Source of the DNA: Octopus bimaculoides
Lineage: Eukaryota
Assembly: GCF_001194135.2 (NCBI RefSeq)
Contig: NC_068988.1
Coordinates: 21,778,713 to 21,842,712 of the forward strand
Direction: 5' to 3'
Length of the DNA: 64,000 bases
Below, in pieces: positions 13,873-24,325 of this stretch (position 1 is its first letter; each line of letters starts with the position of its first letter). Position numbers and translations under genes: made by a program. Under the pieces are notes generated by a model. The model did no database searches. It had not been told where the DNA came from and saw only the letters and a program-made list of their open reading frames with translations.

Positions 13873-14470
13873 ATATCTTTCTCCGTTTTCTTCCTCTGTT
13901 TAGACGAACTTTCCTACCTTTTCGGACAAAACCTTTTGTAACCTTCGTCCTGTCTTTGTCCGTACATGTTTTTACTTGATATTGGCCCTTGTGGCCAATA
14001 AAACGAATTAATTATTATTATTATTATTTATTTATCTATCTATTTATTTGTTATATCTTTCTCCGTTTTCTTCCTCTGTTTAGACGAACTTTCCTACCTT
14101 TTCGGNNNNNNNNNNNNNNNNNNNNNNNNNNNNNNNNNNNNNNNNNNNNNNNNNNNNNNNNNNNNNNNNNNNNNNNNNNNNNNNNNNNNNNNNNNNNNNN
14201 NNNNNNNNNNNNNNNNNNNNNNNNNNNNNNNNNNNNNNNNNNNNNNNNNNNNNNNNNNNNNNNNNNNNNNNNNNNNNNNNNNNNNNNNNNNNNNNNNNNN
14301 NNNNNNNNNNNNNNNNNNNNNNNNNNATATCTTTCTCCGTTTTCTTCCTCTGTTTAGACGAACTTTCCTACCTTTTCGGACAAAACCTTTTGTAACCTTC
14401 GTCCTGTCTTTGTCCTTACATGTTTTAAATTGATATTAGCCCTTGTGGCCAATAAAACGAATTAATTATA
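13873..14470 (+). repeat. Tandem 180-bp unit (at least 3 copies, interrupted by a gap) ending in AATAAA and (ATT)n
   Basis: ATATCTTTCTCCG starts at 13873, 14053 and 14327; copies 1 and 3 differ at about 4 positions. Confidence 0.85.
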
Positions 14471-14710
14471 TATACAGGGTGCGTACAGTGGGGTTCCTAG
14501 ATTATCTCTAGAGGCCTTCCTGTATGATGAGGACCACAGCTCTATCATCCACCCTTTTGTACGCTATGCATATATCCCCTATTTTTCATTGTATACCGTG
14601 TATACTTACATTTTTCCCTATCATTTCATTATTATATGTAAACCCCAACGCTTTATGTCTGTCTCTGTATTCTCCCCGTAATCCTTCGCCCATGTGGTAA
14701 ACAAAGGAAA

Positions 14711-14778
<68 letters not shown>

Positions 14779-14779
14779 G

Positions 14780-15430
14780 TTCAGTAGTCTTATTTTTTTT
14801 AACGTGCTTTCACTTCACTACCCAGCGCAGCTCTGTGTGCCTTGGGTATGTACTGTGGTATGCTGTGATGCTCTTATGGTTACTGTATTGAAAGTGTTTT
14901 GCGTAGGATGTGTGCAGTACCCAGTAGTGCAATTTCTGTATGTTATATATATTTGTAAGTCCTGGTGTTTTTGTTATGTATTTGTCTGAATATTTTTTAT
15001 TATACCTAAGGCACCTACTATGATTGGAATTGTTTCTGTTTTTAGATTCCACATTCGAGTTACCTCTATTTCCAGGTCTTTGTATTTTGAAAGTTTTTCC
15101 ATTTCTTTTAGGGAAACGTTGTCATCTGCTGGTATTGATACATCANNNNNNNNNNNNNNNNNNNNNNNNNNNNNNNNNNNTATAAAGCAATTTTTTTCTT
15201 CATGATCTTTGACAACTATATCTGGTCTATTTGCCTTAATTTCTCTATCTGTGTGTATTGGCATATCCCAGAGTATGGTTGCTTTCTCGTTTTCTGTGAC
15301 CTTTTCTGGCGTGTGTTTATACCATCTTTTTTTTCTGTTGTAATTCCATAGTGTTGGCATAGCTTCCAGTGTATATAGGTCCCAGCTCTGTCGTGTCTGT
15401 GAATATATTCCTTCTTAGCTAGGACTGGGC
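14780..15430 (-). mobile_element. 5'-truncated R4/Dong-like non-LTR retrotransposon (RLE endonuclease C-terminus plus 3'UTR), flanked by (TAA)n
   Basis: SPVLAKKEYIHRHD...HWKLCQHYG...ENEKATILWDMPIHTDREIKANRPDIVV...DVSIPADDNVSLKEMEKLSKYKDL...IALLGTAHILRKTLSIQ* (stop at 14880-14882). PD-(D/E)xK-type RLE motif; three single-base frameshifts in A runs. Confidence 0.85.
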
Positions 15431-15494
<64 letters not shown>

Positions 15495-15599
15495 TACACC
15501 CCCACCACACACACGCACACTCACACACATATATATGTATATATATATAGCGATATGGAAATGTGGAAGTCAAAGTTTGAGGGAAAGAAAGTTCACTCA

Positions 15600-16150
15600 G
15601 CCTTTATCAGAAGCACAGATAGGTTATCGAAGAAGGAAACCGAGGGGATTGTATTGGTAGTACAGGAATAGGGCCCCAGATGGAAATTGGATGAAGTGAA
15701 CGAAAGATCAACAAGACTTATCACGCAGAAGGTGCTATAATTCAGATGGGATCAGAATGTTCTCTGTCAGCTCAGAATAAATACAAAATCTTTAGGCATG
15801 ATAAGATTGCTGCAACATTAAAGTGATATTTTGGCAGGAAATTTGGTTTTGCATGCACTGAAAAAGGGAAAAAAAGCTATAATCATTTTGTGGGAAAAGA
15901 AATGCCAGCCCCCCGAAAACAATCAAGTGAAGGTTTTGTGGGTGTTTTCTATTCAAATCAAAAGAATGGATCATAACATACCGGATATTAAAGTCGTCGA
16001 CACGAAGAAGAACTTAGGTATTGCAATCAATGTGGCATATCTATCTGACATTGGAGTTAAAAGAGAGGAAACATGAAAAAGCGGAGCAAATTCTGAAGTA
16101 TTGGAACAGAGAAGTTAACAATGTCAGAGTGACAATGTCATGGTACATTC
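15600..16150 (+). mobile_element. Second, older RLE-type LINE fragment in the opposite orientation
   Basis: KYKIFRHDKIAA...ENNQVKVLWVFSIQIKRMDHNIPDIKVVDTKKNLGIAINVAY aligns by eye with the RPDIVV region of the neighbouring element. Confidence 0.7.
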
Positions 16151-16220
16151 TCAGCCATTGTGTCATATATGTGACTTTACAACCGAATGAAGAAAATAAA
16201 GAGAAAAAAAGAAAAGAAAA

Positions 16221-16369
16221 ACTGTCGTAAAAAGCTTGCTTCCCAAACATAAGGTTATGGGCTCAGTCCCACTGCATGGCACCTTGGGTAAATTGTCTTC
16301 TGCTTTAGCTTCGGGCCGTCCGAAACAGTGTGAGTGGATTAGGTACACGTAAACTGAAAGAAGCCCGTC

Positions 16370-16458
<89 letters not shown>

Positions 16459-16670
16459 AGTGTTTGTACTCTGCCGCCGCTTGACAACTGGTGCTGATAT
16501 GTTTGCGTCACCGTAACTTAACGGTTCGACAAAAGAGAGAATACTGGGCTTAGAAAAAATAATAGGCTTTAAAAAAGTTCTAGGATCGATTTTGCTCGAC
16601 TAAGGCCCTCCAAGGTGGTGCCCTAGCGTGGCCTGAGTCATGACTGAAACAAGTAAAAGATAGAATAAAA
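16221..16670 (+). mobile_element. SINE family B with expanded internal (TG)n
   Basis: Body GGCACCTTGGGTAA...AACTGAAAGAAGCCCGTCG, then about 40 TG units, then the family B 3' part. Confidence 0.85.
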
Positions 16671-16752
16671 TAGAAAAATAATGCTATGCATTAAGTTCAA
16701 TTTCTGTTTATTCCATCAATCTAGTATTGTGACTTCAATATATTTTCTCTGC

Positions 16753-16976
16753 AGAGTGACAAGCTGGGAGAATCGTTAGCACGCCGGGTGAAATGCTTTG
16801 CGGTATTTCGTCTGTCGTTACGTTCTAAGTTCAAATTCCATCGAGGTCGACTTTGCCTTTCATCTTTTCAGGGTCGATTAAATAAGTACCAGTTACGCAC
16901 CGGGGTTGATGTAACCGACTTAATCCCTTTGCCTGTCCTCTCTATGTTTAGCTCCCTGTGGGCAATAGAGAAATAA
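16753..16976 (+). mobile_element. SINE family A, solo unit with the GTGGGCAATA-type tail
   Basis: Matches unit 1 of the 20048 array and ends at GGCAATAGAGAAATAA. Confidence 0.85.
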
Positions 16977-17080
16977 ATATATTTTCTCTGTAAAAGAGTT
17001 TCTAAACCGGAGCTACGAAAGATAGTTAAGTACAGTATTTAGGATAAATCTACGATGACCTGGTATTACGTTAATATAAA

Positions 17081-17337
17081 ATAATAAATGCGCCCTTTTA
17101 AAGCCTAGCCAGGTTCATGGGCCCTGTTTCCCGGTTTCAATGGCGTATGTTTTCCACAGCTGGACGGGACGCCAGTCCATCGCAGCGTTACACATTTTTG
17201 CCAGGTGAGTGGACTGGAGCAACGTGAAATGATGTGTTTTGCTCAAGAACACAACGCGTTGCCCGGTCCAGGAATCGAAACCACAATCTTACGATCATAG
17301 TGCTGACACCCTAACCACTAAGCCACGGGCCTCTACA
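17081..17337 (-). mobile_element. tRNA-derived CORE-like SINE family D, full length
   Basis: Minus strand: TGTAGAGGCCCGTGGCTTAGTGGTTAGG...GGTTTCGATTCC head; GTTGTGTTCTTGAGCAAAACAC...TCCAGTCCACTCA CORE-like block; GCGATGGACTGGCGTCCCGTCCAG tail. Confidence 0.85.
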
Positions 17338-17404
17338 TTCACGTTAATATACTGGCAGCATTCATTAGTTTTATAATAGGGATGCTGTAACTGGTACTCT
17401 GTTG

Positions 17405-17525
17405 TTTACGCCGACGAGTGTTCCACTTGAACTGGTCAGTGGAACAGCCTATTCGTGAAATGAACCTGCAATGAGCTGGTTGCTCCAGAAACATGTGTAC
17501 CCTTAACTGTCAGGGAGAATCAACT
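17405..17525 (-). mobile_element. SINE family C, decayed 3' fragment
   Basis: Reverse complement of the AAGGGTACAC...TTTCACGA..AGGCTGTTCC block. Confidence 0.6.
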
Positions 17526-17699
17526 TAAGACCGAAGGAGAGTTCATAAGCAACGGTGCAAAATCACAAATGACGGTGGTGTTCCAGCATGACCGCAGTCG
17601 CATGGCTGAAACGAATAAAAATATTTTTAAAAAATACATACATATACATATACATACATACATGCACACACACATACACACACACACGCATATACATAC

Positions 17700-17744
<45 letters not shown>

Positions 17745-17874
17745 AACACAGTGGAAGTTTACGTTGAGAGCATATAATTAATTTGCATATATATACACGC
17801 ACACGCATTACAATGTAGAGTTTGTAAACAGAATTCTTTGAAAATGAATAAATACATGACAAACGACTACAACA

Positions 17875-17877
17875 ACA

Positions 17878-17931
<54 letters not shown>

Positions 17932-17960
17932 GCTACTACTGCTACTACTACTACTACTAA
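17875..17960. repeat. (ACT)n microsatellite
   Basis: Direct. Confidence 0.95.
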
Positions 17961-18594
17961 AAGAGTCACACAAGACGTATTAGCAGCTGACAACATTTGC
18001 ACAAATATACTCTTAAGACAAGGAAGACAACAACAGCAGCGGCGGCGGCAGCAGCAGAAGTGACAACAATAGCATCAATGGCGAAACGTCGTCAATATGA
18101 ATCGGATAAAACAAATTTGTTTATGAACACCAACAAGAACAACATCAACAAGAATAATAACAAAAGACGACCACAGCAGCATCAGAAGCAGCAGCAGCAG
18201 AAGCAGCGGCAGCAGAAGCAGCGGCAGCATCGTTAATAGCTACAACAGTGATGTTTTAATGCAACAAACAATACAAAACCGTTTTTCTCTCATCCACCCC
18301 CTCACATCTCTTTCCTTCTGTCTCGTGCCTCTGTGTGTGTGTGTGTGTGTGTGGTGCTGTTTTATGTACTTGTGTGTGCGTGTGTGTGTTTCGGAGGGAG
18401 TGGAGGGGTCACGTGTGACCGAGACATTTAGAGTTTTTGTGAGGGTTTTATTCTAATTTAGGGAGGTGCCTTATGCATAAGGTTTAAAATCTGGTACGCA
18501 CTCACATTCAACTTAGCTTTTTGTTTCTACATTGAAACATTCACGTAACAAAGAACACAAGAATAAAAACTAAAAACTAAAAAGTAAACACACA

Positions 18595-18638
<44 letters not shown>

Positions 18639-18781
18639 TATATATGCATACATACATGCATACATACATGCATACATACATATATACATATGTACATGCA
18701 TACATATAAGCACACACACATACACGTATGTAGGTATGTATGTTCCTATGTACATGTATAACAATAAACACGCAGTGAAAA

Positions 18782-18828
<47 letters not shown>

Positions 18829-18941
18829 ATACGCAAGCACACACAGACACACTCACACATACACACATGCTTGTGCGTTTATGTGTGTGTGTTGGAATCT
18901 GTGTATATATATTTATGTGTGTGTATGTGTGTATGTATATA

Positions 18942-18980
<39 letters not shown>

Positions 18981-19369
18981 NNNNNNNNNNNNNNNNNNNN
19001 NNNNNNNNNNNNNNNNNNNNNNNNNNNNNNNNNNNNNNNNNNNNNNNNNNNNNNNNNNNNNNNNNNNNNNNNNNNNNNNNNNNNNNNNNNNNNNNNNNNN
19101 NNNNNNNNNNNNNNNNNNNNNNNNNNNNNNNNNNNNNNNNNNNNNNNNNNNNNNNNNNNNNNNNNNNNNNNNNNNNNNNNNNNNNNNNNNNNNNNNNGAA
19201 ATATTGAGTGTTCAATATAAAGGATTAAATATATAAAGGCGAATACGTATTTTCTATACCTTGTGGTATTTCATCATGGCCGGTATGACAGACTTATATA
19301 TATATATATATATATATATGTTTTTGTTTATATACACACAGAGACGTATATTCATGCGTACAGAAAGAA

Positions 19370-19545
19370 AAAAAGAAGGAAAGAAGGGAAGAAACACAGA
19401 AAGAAGGAAAGAAAGAAAGCAAGGAAGGAAGGAAGAAAGAAAGAAAGATAGAAAGAAAGAAAGTAAGAAAGAAAGAAAAGAAATAAGAAAGAAGAAAGAA
19501 GGAAAGGAAAAAAGGAAAGATATGCAGACAGACAGAAAGAAGTGG
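19370..19545. repeat. Degenerate (GAAA)n purine tract
   Basis: Direct. Confidence 0.9.
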
Positions 19546-20047
19546 ATATGTAGAATTCCAAATGTGATAGTTTAATGAGTGTTGGAGCGAGGGAGAGCGA
19601 GTTGATGCTGTTAGATTAAGTAGTCGGACACAGTGTAGGATGTTGGCATTAAAATGTTGGATCAACGAGAATGTTAGATCTTCATCAGCGCAACATGTGG
19701 AGATAAATACAACGTTTCCAGGCCATAAATTGAGGTGAGGCGAATAAAATGTATCAGAAACTCTATTATGGATATAGAGAGTTGGAAGATAATTTTATGT
19801 GGATGTAGCTGTATCAGAGAAGCTACTGGAGTGAGGGTTGGACGGGAGATGATGGATGTAGAGATGTGATAGTGGATATAGGATCGTAGTTTGATGAAAT
19901 ATATGTAGGTAATTAAATACGGTGGTGTCGGAGTAGCGATAAGGACAGGGTTTGGAATGTGAATGCACTGGTATCAATGTAACCATTGGTATGTGTTGGA
20001 TGATATATCTTTTATTATCCTTAAAATATGTTATCTTTTTACTCAAA

Positions 20048-20685
20048 AGGGGACGAGCTGGCAGAATCGTTAGCACGCCGGGCGAAATGCTTAGCAGTAT
20101 TTCGTCTGCCGTTACGGTCTGAGTTCAAATTCCGCCGAGGTCGACTTTGCCTTTCATCCTTTCGGGGTCGATTAAATAAGAACCAGTTACGCACTGGGGT
20201 CGATGTAATCGACTTAATCCGTTTATTTGTCCCCTCTGTGTGTAACCCCTTGTGGGCAATAAAGAAATAAGAATCGTTAGCACGCCGGGCGAAATGCTTA
20301 GCGGTATATCGTCTGCCACTACGTTCTGAGTTCAAATTCCGCCGAGGTCGACTTTGCCTTTCATCCTTTCGGGGTCGATGAAATAGGTACCAGTTACGCA
20401 CTGGAGTCGATATAATCGACTTAATCCGTTTGTTTGTCCCCTCTGTGTGTAGCCCCTTGTGGGCAGTAAAGAAATAAGAAACGTTAGCACGCCGGGCGAA
20501 ATGTTTTGTGCATTATGTCCGTGTTTACGTTCTGAGTTCGAATTCCGCCCAGGTCGACTTTGCCTTAAATCATTTGAGGTCGCTGAAATAAGTACTGTTC
20601 GAGCACGGTACAATTAACTTACCCCTTACCCCGAAACCAGAAATTGTTGACCTTGTGCCAAAATTTTAAATCAATATTTAATCTT
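20048..20685 (+). mobile_element. SINE family A head-to-tail trimer (207-bp period)
   Basis: GAAWCGTTAGCACGCCGGGCGAAATG recurs at 20064, 20271 and 20478. Confidence 0.92.
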
Positions 20686-22009
20686 TTACTTAAGAGACGG
20701 TGAGCTGGTAGAAACCAATATCTTATGCTTTACTTGTTTCGGTTACTGAATTTCTGGTTTACGTTGGGGTACCGGCTTAAAAGGTTCCGTCTATACCATT
20801 ACTTAATTCTTTTTAAGACTGGTACTTATGTTGCTGTGTCTAGGGAGAGTCATAACGTAAATATTATTAACACACGCACTGGTTCAATTCCACTCCTTTA
20901 ACAATTGGTTACGGGGCCAGCAGCTGTTAAACAGTGGGAGAGGACAAAGCAAGTACATAGATATATATACACATATACATACACAGGTCTACTGCTTTTG
21001 TGGAACTCTCAAAAGTGTCGAATAGTCCTGCGATTCATAAATCTGAGAGTACATATAGCTTTTCATCATCCAATATTATAAACATTTCCATTTGGAATCA
21101 ACGAGGGAGATTCTGTGAAGATGTTCGACTGTTAGAAATCTATTCCTAATTCCCTCGAAATGAAATCCTAATGACTTTAAAAAGAGGAAATGTTAGAAAA
21201 GTGATACCTCATTATCCAGTGTTTGAAAGTAATGTCTAGCATAAAGATGGGATGGTCATGACTGAAACGCTTTTGATCGAATAACAGCAATAACCCTTCC
21301 ATCTCTTACATTCAGGAAGGACCTCATTAGCAGCCTTGATCGATGAAATTCTTATCGATACAAAGATAGCTTATGCACAAGAGTTTATACAACGAAACCT
21401 TAAATTTGAATAAGATATGTGAAATCCTGAAGGATTAGTAATATGCTCGTATTTTGACAATTAGCAAACAAACTTGTGTTATTTATGTTGTTGCTTAGTG
21501 CAGGGTCAGTTCTGATTGCATATAATTATGATCAAATGGAAAAAGAGAGAGAGGGAGAAAGAGCGCGAGATAGAGAAAGAAAGAGAGAGACAAACAGAGA
21601 AAAAGACAAGCAGAGAGAAAGAAAGAGAGCTTTCTGTATATTTTACTTAATGTGGATATACAGTAGAATGCTACAAAACTGTGATATCCGACTCGAGAAA
21701 GCATCTCCTGTAGACGTATAGTGCTAAAACGCACAAAAATATATCTGTTGCAGATGAAAAGCATCCAGTAGAAGCGACGGAATTGTTGTTGTTAGCTGCA
21801 GATGAACACTCATCGAGTAGGCCTATGATGAATAATATTCTAACCGTAACCATTCAGTCGTTCTATGTGCAATATCCAAAGCTATAGTTTTCAACGTACC
21901 TTTATAATGACAGTATTGTGTGGATTAAGGAAATTTTGATATTTCTGAAAAAAACGTGCAGCTACGTAGTAACTGCCAATTACGGAAGGTCAATTGATCT
22001 CAAACACCT

Positions 22010-22220
22010 ATTTCTGCTATTGGCACAAGGCTTGAAATTTGGGGAAGAAGGGCTAGTCGATTTCATCGACCCCAGTACTCAACTGGTACTTTATTTATCG
22101 ACCTCGAAAGGATGAAAGGCAAAGTCGACCTCGGCGGAATTTGAACTCAGAACGTAGTGGCGGACGGAATACGACAAAACATCTCGCCCGGTGAGCTAAC
22201 GATTCTACCAGCTCGCCACC
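22010..22220 (-). mobile_element. SINE family A monomer with CCTTGTGCC tail
   Basis: Reverse-complement match. Confidence 0.85.
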
Positions 22221-22552
22221 GCGCATAGAGAAACATAACTCTTTGAAAAGTGAGGAAAAGCGACTTTTGTGTTAATTATTTCCCACTTAAACGATTATTC
22301 ATTAAAAACGAAGAAAATCAGAAAAGTCACTCTTCTTCACGCAGACACACACACATACACACAAACACATACTAACGCGCGCGCACTCACACACACGCTC
22401 GCACGCACGCACAGATGTTTGTTTGTGTGCGCGTGTGTAACATGTTTTCCATGCATCTCATCCCTATGCCTCTTGCTCTTCCCTGAACCAGTCATTCTCC
22501 CTCACATTCTTTCTCTTCTTTTCTCTTCTCTCTATCACTCTCCTTCTTATAA

Positions 22553-22611
<59 letters not shown>

Positions 22612-22960
22612 GTCCCCGTCTCAAGTAGACCGCCAAACGAAGGGTGTGACAACTTTGGGGAGAGAAATGACCTACGCTAATTATAATTCTTAAAGTAAAA
22701 GTCATCACATCAAAGGAAAAAGATACACGAGATAAAACAGAGAAATTCATGTCGGCACATGTTCTCGATATAATTATGTGTACACATTTTCTCAACCGTT
22801 ATATCTAAAAGACTAAACTACAACAACGAAAACAACATCATATCTGGCTGAACGGTTAAAGAAGCTCGATTCATAACCGGCTGACCTGGGGTTCAGTCCC
22901 ACTGTTCGGCATCTTGGACAACTATCTTGTAATATAAGATGCATGTATATAAGCTTTGTG

Positions 22961-23346
22961 GAGGCGCAATGGCCCAGTGGTTAGGGCAAAGGACTCGCGT
23001 TCATAGGATAACGGTTTCGATTACCAGGTCGAGCGTTGTGAGTGTTTGTTGAGCGAAAACACATAAAGCTCCACAAGGCTCCGACGGGGGATGGTGGTGA
23101 ACCCTGCTGAACTCTTTCACCACAACTTTCTCTCACTCTTTCTTCCTGTTTCTGTTGTGCCTGTAATTCAAAGGGCCAGCCTTGTTACACTCTGTATCAT
23201 GCTGAATCTCCCGAGAACTACGTTAAGGGTACACGTGCCTTTGGAGTGCTCAGCCACTTGCACGTTAATTTCACGAGCAGGCTGTTCCGTTGATCCGATC
23301 AACCGGAACCCTCGTCGTCGTAAGCGACGGAGTACCAACAACAACA
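22961..23346 (+). mobile_element. tRNA-derived SINE family C, full length, (CAA)n tail, 12-bp TSD
   Basis: GAGGCGCAATGGCCCAGTGGTTAGG...GGTTTCGATT head; TSD ATAAGCTTTGTG at 22949-22960 and 23347-23358. Confidence 0.92.
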
Positions 23347-23485
23347 ATAAGCTTTGTGTCAAACACTGTCTTCTCAGTGAATTTTATAGATGGATACTGC
23401 AACAAATTGCTCCCGTGTGTGTGTGTCTCTGTGATGATTTCAGTGTTCAGTTTTTGCTAAACGCCCTACACAAAGGATTTGTTTG

Positions 23486-24127
23486 GGATCTAGTTCAAAA
23501 CGGGGGCGCCAGTATTTTCTTAACGAAACACTTTGAAACTTGGGACACTGGTAGAATGTGTCATATAAAACATCTTTTTCTCTTAGTCTTCTTAAGAAAA
23601 ATTATTATATTGCAACTTATTACATGTTAAAGTTGTCGTATTTCTGTAATTTCAACCAATGACTGACGTCCATTCAGCCGAATGGAGTAAGTGCTGACTA
23701 CGTAAACAAACGATTCTCAAACGATTCTGGCGGTGATAAAATTATTATTTCCTTGTCAAAAAATGGCTGAAGCATATTGGCAGTAGCTAATGAACCTTTC
23801 TATTATAGGCACAAGGCCTGGTTAGGGTTAGGGTTAGGGTTACGTGTGTTGCCTCTCTGCAAAATGTCAGAAGTAATGGAGATTAAATACGCTTTACACC
23901 GCTTAAACTGCCAAAGAAGTAACTGTAAACAGCTGAATACTTGTCAGTGATTGGTTGCAATTATCGAAATAAGATAATTTTTTACATGAAATAACTTCGA
24001 ATACAAAATTTTTTTTCTGTTCTATAACACAAAATAGATAAGTATACGAAGTTTGAAAGTCTTTCGGTACCAAAAACACTACATAAAACATAAATGAAAA
24101 CTGGTGCCCCCGTTTTGAACTAGATCC
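23486..24127. mobile_element. Non-autonomous DNA transposon (MITE-like) with 28-bp TIRs
   Basis: GGATCTAGTTCAAAACGGGGGCGCCAGT (23486-23513) versus ACTGGTGCCCCCGTTTTGAACTAGATCC (24100-24127), one mismatch; no ORF. Confidence 0.85.
23820..23842 (+). repeat. Short interstitial telomere-type repeat, (TTAGGG)x3 plus partial units
   Basis: GGTTAGGGTTAGGGTTAGGGTTA. Confidence 0.75.
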
Positions 24128-24234
24128 TTTGTTTGTAGTGATGAAATGCATGCGTTTGCTCACACTGTCTCCATCAAATCGACCTTGCCTGAAACGGTGC
24201 AACGGTGTACCAGGTGTCAGGTGTCCAAGCGATC

Positions 24235-24325
24235 GCAGAGCAACGCGAAATGAAGTGTTTTGCTTAAGAACACAACACTCTAGCCAGTCCAGGAATTGAA
24301 ACTGCGATATCGCAATCGTGAATGC
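24235..24325 (-). mobile_element. SINE family D fragment
   Basis: GAAATGAAGTGTTTTGCTTAAGAACACAAC block. Confidence 0.7.

Noticed and set aside
17997-18236. Poly-A/N/Q ORF that resembles a low-complexity protein
   Set aside because: It is built from drifting CAG/AAC trinucleotide repeats, with no splice or homology support.
20048-20685. Regular 207-bp repeats as a CRISPR-like array
   Set aside because: The units are whole SINE bodies with no unique spacers, and there are no cas genes; this is eukaryotic DNA.
21671-21890. Short ORFs on both strands
   Set aside because: No consistent splice signals or known motif.
22961-23040. tRNA genes at the SINE heads (families A-D)
   Set aside because: They have A/B-box-like motifs but run on into SINE bodies with TSDs and lack a clean cloverleaf and T-run terminator.
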